DNA of 64,000 nt from Octopus sinensis (Eukaryota). The position numbers and the translations under genes were made by a program. The notes beneath the pieces were generated by a model that saw nothing but the letters and a program-made list of their open reading frames with translations, was not told where the DNA came from and ran no database searches. The stretch's first letter is position 1; the number at the start of each line of letters is the position of its first letter. Below are positions 50,345 through 64,000 of this stretch, one piece after another. The DNA is taken from assembly GCF_006345805.1 (NCBI RefSeq), contig NC_043015.1, forward strand, positions 50,530,001-50,594,000, given 5' to 3'.

Positions 50345-50540
50345 CATCATCATCATCATCGTTGTTTAACGTCTCTTTTCCATGCTGGCATGGGTTGGAC
50401 GGTTCGACTGGGGTCTGGGAAGCCAGGAGGCTGCACCAGGCCACCAATCTGATCTGGCAGTGTTTCTACAGCTGAATGCCTGTCTAAAATGCCAACCACT
50501 CCGAGAGTGTAGTGGGTGCTTCTTATGTGCCACCGGCAAA
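50345..50540 (-). mobile_element. Family B copy
   Basis: Family consensus match. Confidence 0.8.
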
Positions 50541-51047
50541 AGCTTAAATGAATAACAAGCTGGCAATGTGGAGATAATCCACTGTAACACTTCACATCAG
50601 TGAGTATGCAACATAATCCATTGTATTAGCAGACATCACCAGTGGATAAGCTACAACCCTTACAATCGTTGTAAGATAGAGCTAGGGTTAGTTATTAGTC
50701 AACACTAAAACGAAAGTCAATTCTTCTCTGTCGTGGTTATTTACCTAAGTTAATTAAGTATTCTTACATGGTATCATTTATTTATACAACCGACATTAAA
50801 AGAAGATGTAATATGTAAAACCCTATTTGATTTTCTTTTTTCTTCTACGTTTTCTTTCTGTCATGTATGCAATAAAGCAACAGATGTTCGCTGGCTGATT
50901 ATAAATTCCTGCACCCTATTTTGTCTCAAGACAAAACTGGTTTGTTACACTCAAGCGATATATTTTCCACATTGCTATCTTAACAAGGAGTGGGGAAGAG
51001 ATAAAGCAATTTTGCCTTTTTCTAGTCATTCTTAACTTTTTGTTACC

Positions 51048-51461
51048 ATAGGTGCAGGAGTGGCTGTGTGGTAAGTAGCTTGCTTACCAACCACATGGTT
51101 CCAGGTTCAGTCCCACTGCGTGGCATCTTGGGCAAGTGTCTTCTGCTATAGCCCCGGGCCGACCAGTGCCTTGTGAGTGGATTTGGTAGACGGAAACTGA
51201 AAGAAGCCTGTTGTATATATGTATATATATATGTATGTATGTGTGTGTATGTGTTTGTGTGTCTGTGTTTGTCCCCCTAGCATTGCTTGACAACCGATGC
51301 TGGTGTGTTTACGTCCCCGTCACTTAGCGCTTCGGCAAAAGAGACCGATAGAATAAGTACTGGGCTTACAAAGAATAGTCCCGGGGTCGATTTGCTCGAC
51401 TAAAGGCAGTGCTCCAGCATGGCCGTAGTCAAATGACTGAAACAAGTAAAAGAGTAAAGAG
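51048..51461 (+). mobile_element. Full-length SINE family A (young subfamily) inserted in a piggyBac-type MITE
   Basis: 5' flank ttaactttttgttaccata; MITE body resumes after the (GAGTAAA) tail. Confidence 0.85.
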
Positions 51462-52210
51462 TATATTTTCATTGAAATAACTGAAAGAACATTGCTTTTT
51501 GTTTCAATAATATTCGAAAATAAAGAAGAATTTAGCAAGATAATTTTGTTATAATTAACTATTTAGCATTTAAACTGGCTATAAGCCGGCTCAAATATTC
51601 TACCTGTTTTATGCAAAAGCTGGTCAACTTTGGTCTCTCACACCTATTCTACAATGCTGCTCTAAGAATAAGCAATCACATCATTGAGATCTTGGAGCCA
51701 CAAGGTAATGCATGATTAATTCAAACAATGTGAATGAATAAGAATACACCCGACAGTGTAATCTGAATGTCAGGGAGTTAAGCTGAGGTTTGGAACATGA
51801 ATATAAAGGGCTTTCAATTTCCATCAACCAAATCCACTCACAAGGCTTTGGTTGGCCTGAGGCTATAGTAGAAGACACTTGACCAAGGTACCTTATAGTA
51901 GGACTGAACCTGTAATCATATAGTTGAGAAGCAAACTTGTTACCACACAGCCACCACTATGCTGGAACATGTTAATGTACATATTGTTGTTGAATCAAAA
52001 AGAGTGCATGGCCTAATGGTTAAGGTGTTGCACCTGTGACCATGAGATCATGGGTTCAGTTCCTAGACAAGGCAGCATGTTGTGTTCTTGAGCAAAACAC
52101 TTTGTTTCATGTTGCTCTGCAATCGCTTTGACACCTGACATGTGGTATGCTGTGCACCTGTACAGGTAATGTCGATATGATGGAGGGAGTGAACTAATGT
52201 GAACCATAAG

Positions 52211-52800
<590 letters not shown>

Positions 52801-54314
52801 AACATTTGTGCAGGTTGTTCAGCAGAGAAACAGCAGAACCATCTTTCTCAGACTGGAACCACTACCGTTATTACTCATTATGTCTACTGAATAACACCCT
52901 GCCACATACCCACCTCTGATCAATGGAGCCAGGGTACGGAAAGTAACAGACTAATTTAACACGTCCAGCACATCTGATACATCATTTTTTCCCTTTCATC
53001 AGCATCTATATTTATATATATATATTCTCTCCTGCGATAATTTTAACAAGATGCATAAATCATCTATAGGCAAAGGTTCCCATACACACATCAGTTACAT
53101 GAAATGCATCTACAAACAGACTTTCAGCTTCTTATATAATAATATCAAGGCATTGCATAGACTACCTGCTGAGAGAGGTTTTGATTATCCAGTTTTAGAG
53201 AGCAGAACACTCTACAGATATAAAGTATAAGTTAGTTATATTGATCGAGATCAATATCTGCATAGTAGCAGGTCATCTCCTGCTTTGCCAACTCAGTGAT
53301 TCACCTTTGATTTCTGATTATAGATATTTCGCTTTTACGAAAGACATAAACTTCACGACGCCTGCCCACTCCATTCTCCTCACCCTCGCCTACCTTTTAA
53401 ACTCATGCCAACAGATAAGCTCTATTTACTGCAATTGTATTATATAAATAAAATATTGATTTATCACTTGATTGATTAACATCGCATTCATTTATTATTG
53501 AGGCAAGCGTTATCACGAGTACAATGACAAGAAGCTGTAATACCACAGGGTGAACCCATCTCTTTCATTAGTTTCCTCCTCTTTAGATCTAAGTTCAAAC
53601 CCAACCAGGTTTGACTATTGTTTTCTATTCCCACAGGGTTAATAAAATAACTGGTTTCATGTAACACATGTAGTTCTGTTGTTTTAAACAAAATAACTGT
53701 CCCTTCGGATTTATGGTCTGATGCCAACGTAAAAACCAAAACAAAATAAAAATCAATATGGCAGACAACAATAATTACGGTCAGTTTAGATGTTTAAATA
53801 ATGGTTCATATGTAAATTTGTCGATACGAAAGAGAACATGAAATGTGTTTGAAATCATTGTGTAATTTGCCACGGAAGAATTAACGAATTTACATCCTAA
53901 TTGAAAACAGATTGAAAACTTCTTTGGAGAAGAATACTGAATGAATTTGTTTTAGTTAACTCTTCAAATATGACATGGAACAGGTTAAATAGATTATTAG
54001 ATCGCTGTTCACAGACCCATCCTACATGTAGTCATCATCATCAGCATCATCATCATCATCATCATCATCATCAGTGTGCATGGAAATTATTATTATTATT
54101 TTTTTTTTTTGCATTAGGGCTTCATTTAAACTGGTGATATCTGACCAAAATATTCTACCTGATTTAAGTTAAAACAGACCAGATCCAACCTCTCACACGT
54201 ACCCCACAATGTCGTTCTAAAAATATACAATCACATCTTCGCAATATTGAAGCTACAGCATAATGCCTGATTTGGTTCAAAACAGCATGAATGAATAAAT
54301 AATAAACTGGACAA

Positions 54315-54795
<481 letters not shown>

Positions 54796-55817
54796 AACGT
54801 CCATTGTCCGTGCTGGCATGAGTTGGACTGTTTGACCAGGGCTGGCAAGCTGGGGAGTTGCACCAGACTCTAGTCTGATTTGCCATGCTTTCTACAGCTG
54901 GATGCCCTTCCTAACGCCAACCACTCCAAGAGTGTAATGGGTGCTTTTACATGCCAGTTGCAAGAAACCAGTCTCTGCCACAACTACGATTTCACTTGGC
55001 TCGATGGATCTTCTTCTCAAGCACAGCATATTGCCAAAGGTCTCGGTCATTCATCATTCCCGCCACAAGACCCAACGCTCAAAAGCTGCTTTTTACATGC
55101 CACCAGCACAGATGCAAGTTACTCAACACAGATATCGGCCACAGATAATTTTAACATGTCAAGAATTTATGTTATTACAGTATTTGACACACCTGCTCTT
55201 GTTCACATCATGTCATTTAATATATGAAAACTAAAGGGTTAAAAAAAATATATCAAAAGATAAATTAATTTGTCTGAGTTAACAGGTGGCAGACATAATT
55301 TGCTGCACAGTTTGATGGCCATCATTAGACCACGAGGTGCCTTTTGGGAGAGAGTCCATTCTAGTGCATGCGTTCCCTGGTCTGAGGATAACAGGATATC
55401 TTCATGCAGCTGTCCAACAAGCTGTACTTCCTTCCTCATTTCTATTCCTATTGCTACCAATTTCAGAAACCATGTGGAATGATCACAAGTGCTGGCCTTG
55501 TCCTCTAAGGCATAAAAGATTTTTTTAAATCTCTACTTTTAACTAAATTTTTAAAAGCAAAACTTTAGGTTAAAAGAGAAAGAAGACCAATTACTTTCCT
55601 ATTACTGGGTGTTAGTCAAAGGATTGTGACCATGCAGATGCATGACCATACTGAGGTATATATCAGTGGCTGTGTGGTAAGAGGTTTGCTTCCCAACCAC
55701 ATGGTTCTGGGTTCAGTCCTACTGTGTAACATCTTGGGCAAGTGTCTTCTGCTATAGCCTCAGGCCAACCAAAGCCTTGTGAGTGGATTTGGTAGATAGA
55801 AACTGAAATAAGCCCAT

Positions 55818-55864
<47 letters not shown>

Positions 55865-55865
<1 letters not shown>

Positions 55866-56049
55866 TGCCATGATAGATCGTTAGCCACTACACACATTTT
55901 TTTTTCTCTCCTTGTTTTTTCTGTGTCCTTTCTGTAGAAGAGCGTAGGCTCGAAATGTAAACGACTTTTTCTATCCTGAGTGTTATACTAATATGTCTGT
56001 TTGTTTTGTACATCACCTGTCTTCGTCTTTTGTTTTTTTCGTAAACTCT

Positions 56050-56065
<16 letters not shown>
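55865..56065 (+). mobile_element. Penelope-like repeat end with a degenerate hammerhead (55925-55965)
   Basis: CUUU-CUGUAGA-A-GAGC(GUAG)GCUC-GAAA-UGU-A-AACG; A6U and CpG decay. Confidence 0.5.
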
Positions 56066-56107
<42 letters not shown>

Positions 56108-57377
56108 GATGGGCTTCATAGAGTGGAGGTAAACGATGTGATCTTGGAATACTGAAAGCACAAGTTCTGCTGCGCCAGACATGTTGCAAGGTTCACAGGT
56201 GGACAACATATGTGTGTGTGTGTGTGTGAGTGTGTAATGCTGGTGCCATATAAAAAGCATGCAGTACACTATGTAAAATTGTTGATGTTAGGAAGGACAT
56301 GCAGCAGTGGAAACCATATCAAAAGAGACAACTGGAACCTGGTACAGCTCTTTGGCTTGCCATTTCCTGTCGAACCATCCGACCCATGCCGGCATTGAAA
56401 AACACATGTTAAGTGATGTTGGTGATGATGATCACACACCCACACACACACACACACACAGAGCAGAATCATCTTGATTGCGTGTTTTTACCTCTATTAC
56501 ATTGCCATTTTAATGACAAAGGCATAGTAGCATAATAAAAATAAAAGTCGAAAGGATGATGATGATGATGATGGTGGTGATAGAGGTGGTGGTGGTGGTG
56601 ATAATCCTGGCAGTGATGGTAATTGTAGCAGAGAGGTGATGATGACGACGATGATAATGAAAGCGATGATAATGATGACGATGGATGATAGTGGTAGTGA
56701 TGGTGGTGGGGGCGATAAAGGTGATGATGATAGTTAATGGTGGTGACGGAGATGATGGCCGATGTTGTGGTGATGGTGGCAGCAATGATGATGGCGACAA
56801 CGATGATAGTGATAATAGCAGCAGCAGTGGTGGTGGTGGTGATGGTGGTGATTATGATCACGATGTCTCCTATAAAATCGTTATGCAATTTTTTCCACAC
56901 CAAGTAAATAATAAAATTGTCTTGAAACTATCCTAATGTAATTTTTATAGATGTTTAAGAGGGAGACCATTAAAACCCATTATTAGATTTTCTTTCACTT
57001 TTGCAGTAGACTGATAAATTTGTTCACTGAAATTTGTGGAAACAATAAAATTTAGATTTCAGCTTCTTCAACGAGATAAAACATGGCTCAGTGGCAGAAC
57101 AAAACCAAGAGTTAAAGCGTTAATGCAAAGATCATATTGGGTTATTGTATGAGTTGAGCTAATGAAGTGGCCTCTTTTCAGTTTGATTGACCAGTTACAA
57201 GATCATTGTCATTGTTTTAACATCCAGTTTTTCAGGTGTACATGAGTCAGACAAAATTCTTTGAGATAGATTTTCTATAGCTGGACGCCCTTCATGTTGC
57301 CAGCCTTCAGCCGTTTCCAAGTTGAGTAATATTTTTTTGTAGTTCTTTGATTATAAACAGCAGAATAATGTAAGGTC

Positions 57378-57719
57378 ACTCTTTAACTTGTTTCAGTCAT
57401 TTGATTGCGGCCATGCTGGAGCACCACCTTTATAGTCGAGCAAATCGACCCCAGGACTTATTCTTTGGAATCCTAGTACTTATTCTATCAGTCTCTTCTG
57501 CTGAATTGCTTAGTTACAGGGACGTAAACACACCAGCATCAGTTGTCAAGCAATGTTGGGGAGGGGGGACAAACACAAATACACAAACATATATATACAT
57601 ATACATATATACGATGGGCTTCTTTCAGTTTCCGTCTACCAAATCCACTCAGAAGGCTTTGGTCGGCTCGAGGCTATAGTAGAAGACACTTGCCCAAGAT
57701 GCCACACAGTGGGACTGAA
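57378..57719 (-). mobile_element. SINE family A
   Basis: Family consensus match. Confidence 0.85.
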
Positions 57720-58509
57720 ATTTGGTACAGCCACTTAAACAACGAAATAAAAGCTGACTTATTTCAGTTCCTAGTTGAACCAATTCTGACGTAAGGAGCT
57801 GAAACTTGGACATTAATATGCCATGTGTCAGATGTCAAAGTGATCTCTAAGTAACAACATGAAAAGAAGTGTTTTGCTCAAAAACACAACACACCCTGAT
57901 AGTCCAGGAATTGAAACCATGATCTCGTGATTATGAGAATAACACTCTAACCACCAGGCCACACTACCTCACTTTGGGCCGGTTGTGTCTAGTTTAAATG
58001 TTAAAAGATTAAAACAGTACAGTGTGTGTGTGTGATTAGAGAGAGACTTGTTTTGTTTTGACTGCTTTTTCTAGCAGATAAAGTGACCGCCAAGAGGTTC
58101 TCCCAGCATGCCAAGAGGGAAGTGGATTGTTAGTTCAGGTTTATGTAAGATATGATGGCTTGTTAGAATGACAGGTGAAAATAATAGTTTTAAAATTAGA
58201 TAGAGTTTAACTGGTGCAGAGAAAAATTGCTTGGAAGAAACATTTACAATAACATTAATAGCAACTTGAGCAGAGAGGCAGCTTAGGAATAACTGAAGAG
58301 ATGATTGTTGTAGTTGTTGTTGCTGTTGTTTAGAAACTGGCTAATTCTGATCTAGGAGACCCTATGATCTAAGGTATTTCAACTGCAATCACCTGTAGTC
58401 TTATTTATTTATTTATTTAGTCAGTCATTCCAGGCATGATATATACATCTATATATATATTATATATATATATGTATATATATGTACATATATCTATATA
58501 TGTACATAT

Positions 58510-58816
<307 letters not shown>

Positions 58817-59531
58817 GTGTGTGTGTATGTATATGTATATAACTTTGTTATATAATGCATCCATCCTTTTTAAGATCATAGGTCAGCCTCGATGAAGCAA
58901 ACATATGATCAAAGATATTCTAACTGTAGCCAATTGTCTTCTCTTTTTATCTTTCTTTACTTCGGGCATAATGTACCTAGGACTACATTATTCAATGTCC
59001 TCTCCTTTCTTTTCTGATCACTTTCATTGATGCCCGCCCGCTCCCCCAATTGAATTAGCTATCTCTCCTCCCCCCACCATACTTCTCCCACCCTCATGCA
59101 CTACACATGCTTCTTTCCGCATCTTAATCTTGCAATCTACCAGGGAACATTCCTCTCTCTTGTCCTTCTCCTGTCTACTGTTTCTTCATTACTTTTCTGC
59201 TGTTCAGCACTGTCAGTAATCTACTACTCCCCGTCATTCATTTCTCTCTGGCTCTGTCCAGTCACTTGTCCTCTCTCTTCTAAATTTTCTGAGTAGTCAT
59301 GTAGCTCTAGTACAGCAGGAAACCTGCTCTGCTCTGCTCTGACCACCCCCATCTATCATACTTTTTACCCATCTTCTATCCCTCATTACCTAGCATACAA
59401 TTACCACACATTGGGAGTGTGATTAGACTGAGATTTCTGTCTTACTTCTAGAAGACAGAGTCGTTTTATATATATACACACGTGTGTGCTTGAGAAAGTT
59501 AATATGGTTGTTTAAACTAGCAAAAGGGATA

Positions 59532-59563
<32 letters not shown>

Positions 59564-59577
59564 TAATAATAATGATA

Positions 59578-59950
59578 ATAACAAGAGCACTCACAGAGTG
59601 CAAGCCCCTGCCAAGGCAACACCAACGTCCTCTCAACGATTAGCCAGAGATGATTTTTAAAAGGAGAGTATCTGAAATAAACTCGACTGCTCTCACAAAT
59701 GAGAATACTAAAAATGAATCCAACCGCTCAAAAATTAAGTAAAAAAAAGGAAAAATAATTCAGAATCCTTGTCCAGTACCAGATTGATCCCAAAATCTAA
59801 TCAGTTCGTGCCAGTCACGAGGCCAAATATCCCTGAAAGTTTCTTCTGAATCCACGCAACAGTTATTGAGATATCTTGTCCACGGACAAACAAACAAACA
59901 AACACGACTGAAAACAATACTTCCAGCCTTCGCTAAGGCAGAGGTAATTA
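59578..59950 (+). mobile_element. Helentron/DINE-like element (family G)
   Basis: Aligns with 8683-9040; 3' gccttcgctaaggcagaggtaat. Confidence 0.6.
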
Positions 59951-60070
59951 CATGAATGATAATAATGATGATGATGATGATGATGATGATGATAATGATG
60001 ATGATAATGATGATGATAATGATGATGATAATGATGATGATAATGGTGATGATAATGATGATGATAATGG

Positions 60071-60107
<37 letters not shown>

Positions 60108-60315
60108 AATAATAATAATTATAACGATTACAAATCTTGGCACATGGCCAGCAATTTTGGAGTGGTAGGTGGGGTGGGGGGTAAGTCGATTACATCAACT
60201 TCGGTGCTTAACTGGTATGTATTTTATCGACCCTGAAAGGATGAAAGGCAAACCCAACCTTGGTGAAAGAACAACAACAACAACAGTGGCAACATCAACA
60301 CCACCACCACCACCA

Positions 60316-60379
<64 letters not shown>

Positions 60380-60614
60380 CAACAATAATAGTAATGATGA
60401 TGATGATGATGGTGATGATGTTGATGATGATGATGATGATGATGACGACGACAATGTAAAAGCTTCCCTTCTAATTCATGTAAACAGTAAAACATACAAA
60501 CAGAAATTTAAAACATTATAACTAGCGAGGTCAACAGCAACCATGAACAACGATTTTATGTGAAGGAGATGATAGTCATGGAGTGTGTGGTAGTGGTGAT
60601 GATGGTGATGATGG

Positions 60615-60649
<35 letters not shown>

Positions 60650-60744
60650 GTGGGGATAATGATGGTGATGACGGTGGCATTGGCTTTGTTGCTGATGACA
60701 ATGGTTAATGATGATGATGATTATGATGATGATGATGATTATGA

Positions 60745-60778
<34 letters not shown>

Positions 60779-61383
60779 GATGGTGATGACGATGATGATT
60801 GTGGTGATGCTGATCACGATAGCAAGACTTCTAATTAAAATATATAATTGGTGAAACTCATCAATAAATGATGAAGTAAATTTGCAGCCAGAGAAATATT
60901 TTGTAGCAATTCAGCTTCTAGGACAATCTTGCCTTTCTTTCCTTCTTTCTTTCTTTTTTTTTTTTTTGTTTTTTTTGCTTTCTTTTTACCTCCTTTCTCT
61001 TCTCTTTGGTTAACATCCAAAAAGACAGGATGACACAGAGAGAGGGAGACAGAGAGAGAAAGAGGAGGAGGAAGAGATAGTGAAAGTGAAAGCATGAGCG
61101 AGAGACGGAGACAGAGGAGTATTAACAAAACAAGTAGTTGTGTATTCACGGTAATAACTACCACCAACCAATCAATTAATCATCTGTTACTCACACTAAA
61201 GCAGCAATTTGTAGCTCGTCAACAGCCATTGAATAGTTGACCTACGGCTAGCTAAGTACCAAACTACCTTCGCTGCACACACACCGTGCACCATCATTCA
61301 TTCAAACAGTACAAGACAAAAAACATACATGCACACACATATATAAACATACATTTATAAACACAGTGTATTTATGATTGTTC

Positions 61384-61434
<51 letters not shown>

Positions 61435-61520
61435 TATATATATATATATATATGTATGTATATATATATGTATGTATATTTATATATGTGTGTATATATA
61501 TATATATGTATGTATATTTA

Positions 61521-61582
<62 letters not shown>

Positions 61583-61611
61583 CATATTATATATATATAT
61601 ATATATATATA

Positions 61612-61644
<33 letters not shown>

Positions 61645-61646
61645 AA

Positions 61647-61682
<36 letters not shown>

Positions 61683-61694
61683 ATATATATATAC

Positions 61695-61779
<85 letters not shown>

Positions 61780-61812
61780 GTATATACACACACGTATATA
61801 TATATGTATGCA

Positions 61813-62018
61813 CTTTACTCTTTTACTTGTTTCAGTCATTTGACAGCGGCCATGCTGGAGCACTTCCTTTAGTCAAGTAAATCGACCCCAGGACTTTTTC
61901 CTTGTAAACCTAGTACTTATTCTATTGGTCTCTTTTGCTGAACAGCTAAGTTACGGGGATGTAAACTCACCAGCATCGGCTGTCAAGCAATGTTGGGGGA
62001 ACAAACACAGACACACAA

Positions 62019-62085
<67 letters not shown>

Positions 62086-62095
62086 TACGACGGGC
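61813..62095 (-). mobile_element. SINE family A, 3' half
   Basis: Family consensus match. Confidence 0.85.
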
Positions 62096-62124
62096 GCGGA
62101 AAAACAGAAGTAAAATATTTTCTT

Positions 62125-62333
62125 CTACACTAGGCACAAGGCCCGAAATTTTGGGGGAGGGGGCCAGTCGATTAGATTGACTCCAGTATGCAACTGGTAC
62201 TTAATTGATCGATCCCGAAAGGAAGAAAGGCAAAGCTGACCTCGGTGGGATTTGAACTCGGAACATAAAGACAGAAGAAATGCCACTAAGCATTTTGCCC
62301 GGCGTGCTACCGTTTCTGCCAAGCTCGCCACTT
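62125..62333 (-). mobile_element. SINE family C
   Basis: Family consensus match. Confidence 0.8.
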
Positions 62334-63234
62334 TACAGAAGTAAAGTATTATGACAATAATGATGATGATGACGATGATGATGGTGGTGGTGGTGGCAGC
62401 GATGATGATGGTGATAATGATGACGATGATGATGATGATTTGTGTGCGTGCATCCTCGATGAAAATGCTCATTTCATAAATAGCTGTAAATGAGTTTCCT
62501 GTGCTGAAAATTTTCAGAAGAGAAGAAACAAAACAAAAATATATTTTACATACATTCTGTTTGAAAAACATGATACAAATTAAAATTATCATCTTCTTTT
62601 CACTTTCATTCTTCATCAATGAGTGCTTGTTGGTTTGTATGTCTTTGTGTGTGTGAATATTTTATATACAATCATGTCTATTTCTTGAATGAATGAAAAT
62701 TACTTTCCTCTATTGATAAAATAAGAAACAACATTTTTTTTTTCTGTTTTAAGGGTTCTAGTACCCAGAAATGCATTGATATTATTATGTGCATATATAC
62801 ATAGACATGTGTCTATGTAAAAAAAAAAATATGTCTATCACACACACACACACACTTGCATGTGCACACACATACACACATACACACACACACACACACC
62901 CATGTATTATTTTATTTTATTTTAACTAGGTTCAGCTCACGAGCTGTGGCCATGCTGGGGCACCACCATATGTATGTATATATATATATGACAGGATTCT
63001 TTCAATTTCCATCTACCGAATCCACTCTTAAGGTTTTGGTTGGCCCAACGCTACAGTTGAAGAAAACGCCCAGGGGCCAAGAAGCAAACTTCTTACCACG
63101 CAGCCACACCTGTGCCTCACAGACACACCTTACTACTCTTTTATTTTCAAAATTAATTGAAACAAAGTGCATTTCAACAGAAATACAGTAACAAAAGGAT
63201 TGAATTTATATTCGAGAAAAATTCCACACCTCCA

Positions 63235-63284
<50 letters not shown>

Positions 63285-63307
63285 CCACCACCACCACCAC
63301 CACCACC

Positions 63308-63341
<34 letters not shown>

Positions 63342-63344
63342 TCA

Positions 63345-63610
63345 TTTAATGTCTGTTTTCCATGCTGGCATGGCTTGGATGGTTTGACAAGAACTGGTAA
63401 ATCAGCCGACTGCCCCAAGCTCTACTGTTTACTTTGGAATGGTTTTTTTTATGGCTGGATACATTTCCTAATGCCAGTCAATTTACAGAATGGACAGGGT
63501 GCTATTCACTTGACACCAGCACCAGTGATGCCTGCCTTGGCATGGTTTTTATGGCTGAATGCCCTTCCTCACACTAACAACTTGCACAGTAGGCTGACTG
63601 CTTTTTATAT
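63345..63610 (-). mobile_element. Decayed family B copy after a (CAT/CAC)n tract
   Basis: tttaatgtctgttttccatgctggcatgg... Confidence 0.7.
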
Positions 63611-64000
63611 GGCATCTCCATATTTTATTCAAAACTTATCGACCAAAATCTACCAGAAATCAGACCCTAGCATCATTAAAAAAAAAAAAAAGAAAAGAAA
63701 GGAAACATTAGATAATGTAGTCCTAGATACATTTCGAGAGAGGAATCCTGATGATTGGGCTACCCAGGACTTTCTTACATCTAGCCCAGGCCTGCGCAAA
63801 ACTGGAGAGAATACTGGAGAGGACATGAAATGTAAAAACCAGACTGGATTAGTTTATGCACCACTCCATTGTCTCCCGAGACAAAAGGATGCAAACAAGA
63901 TACATTTATATCTGATTAAAAAAACATGAGGGTCATGGTTGGAATGTGTTTTGATTATGTGTCTGCTTAGTCAAGTCTTACCTGAGGCTAAACAACAATT

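Noticed and set aside
55270-55482. Opposing 70-aa ORFs
   Set aside because: No clear homology; possibly an ancient RTE scrap, but not supportable.
63375-63929. 184-aa ORF
   Set aside because: It is stitched from a family B remnant, a poly-A run and another common repeat; no recognisable domain.

Overview
This is an AT-rich, repeat-dominated animal genomic window. The SINE families and microsatellite load strongly resemble Octopus (coleoid cephalopod) intronic or intergenic DNA; that identification is by recognition, not by search. No complete protein-coding gene can be read. Most entries in the ORF track are translations of microsatellites or SINEs. Supported content: at least six short-interspersed repeat families; decayed LINE fragments (CR1-like x2, RTE/BovB-like, R4/Dong-like RLE, an R2-like zinc-finger+Myb 5' end); piggyBac-type and other MITEs; Helentron/DINE-like elements; mini- and microsatellites; and a few weak splice-site-bounded exon candidates. 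The most notable hidden signal is a set of about 10 minimal type-I hammerhead ribozyme motifs. Most sit in palindromic mini-elements with a Penelope-like pseudo-LTR or retrozyme-like architecture. They include a tRNA-headed SINE carrying a hammerhead and a hammerhead with a compensatory G3:C8 core swap. Also notable is a three-layer nest at 28.0-29.2 kb: an R2-like ORF, split by a CR1 LINE, which is split by a fold-back SINE. All alignments and folds were done by eye, so coordinates of repeat copies are approximate.
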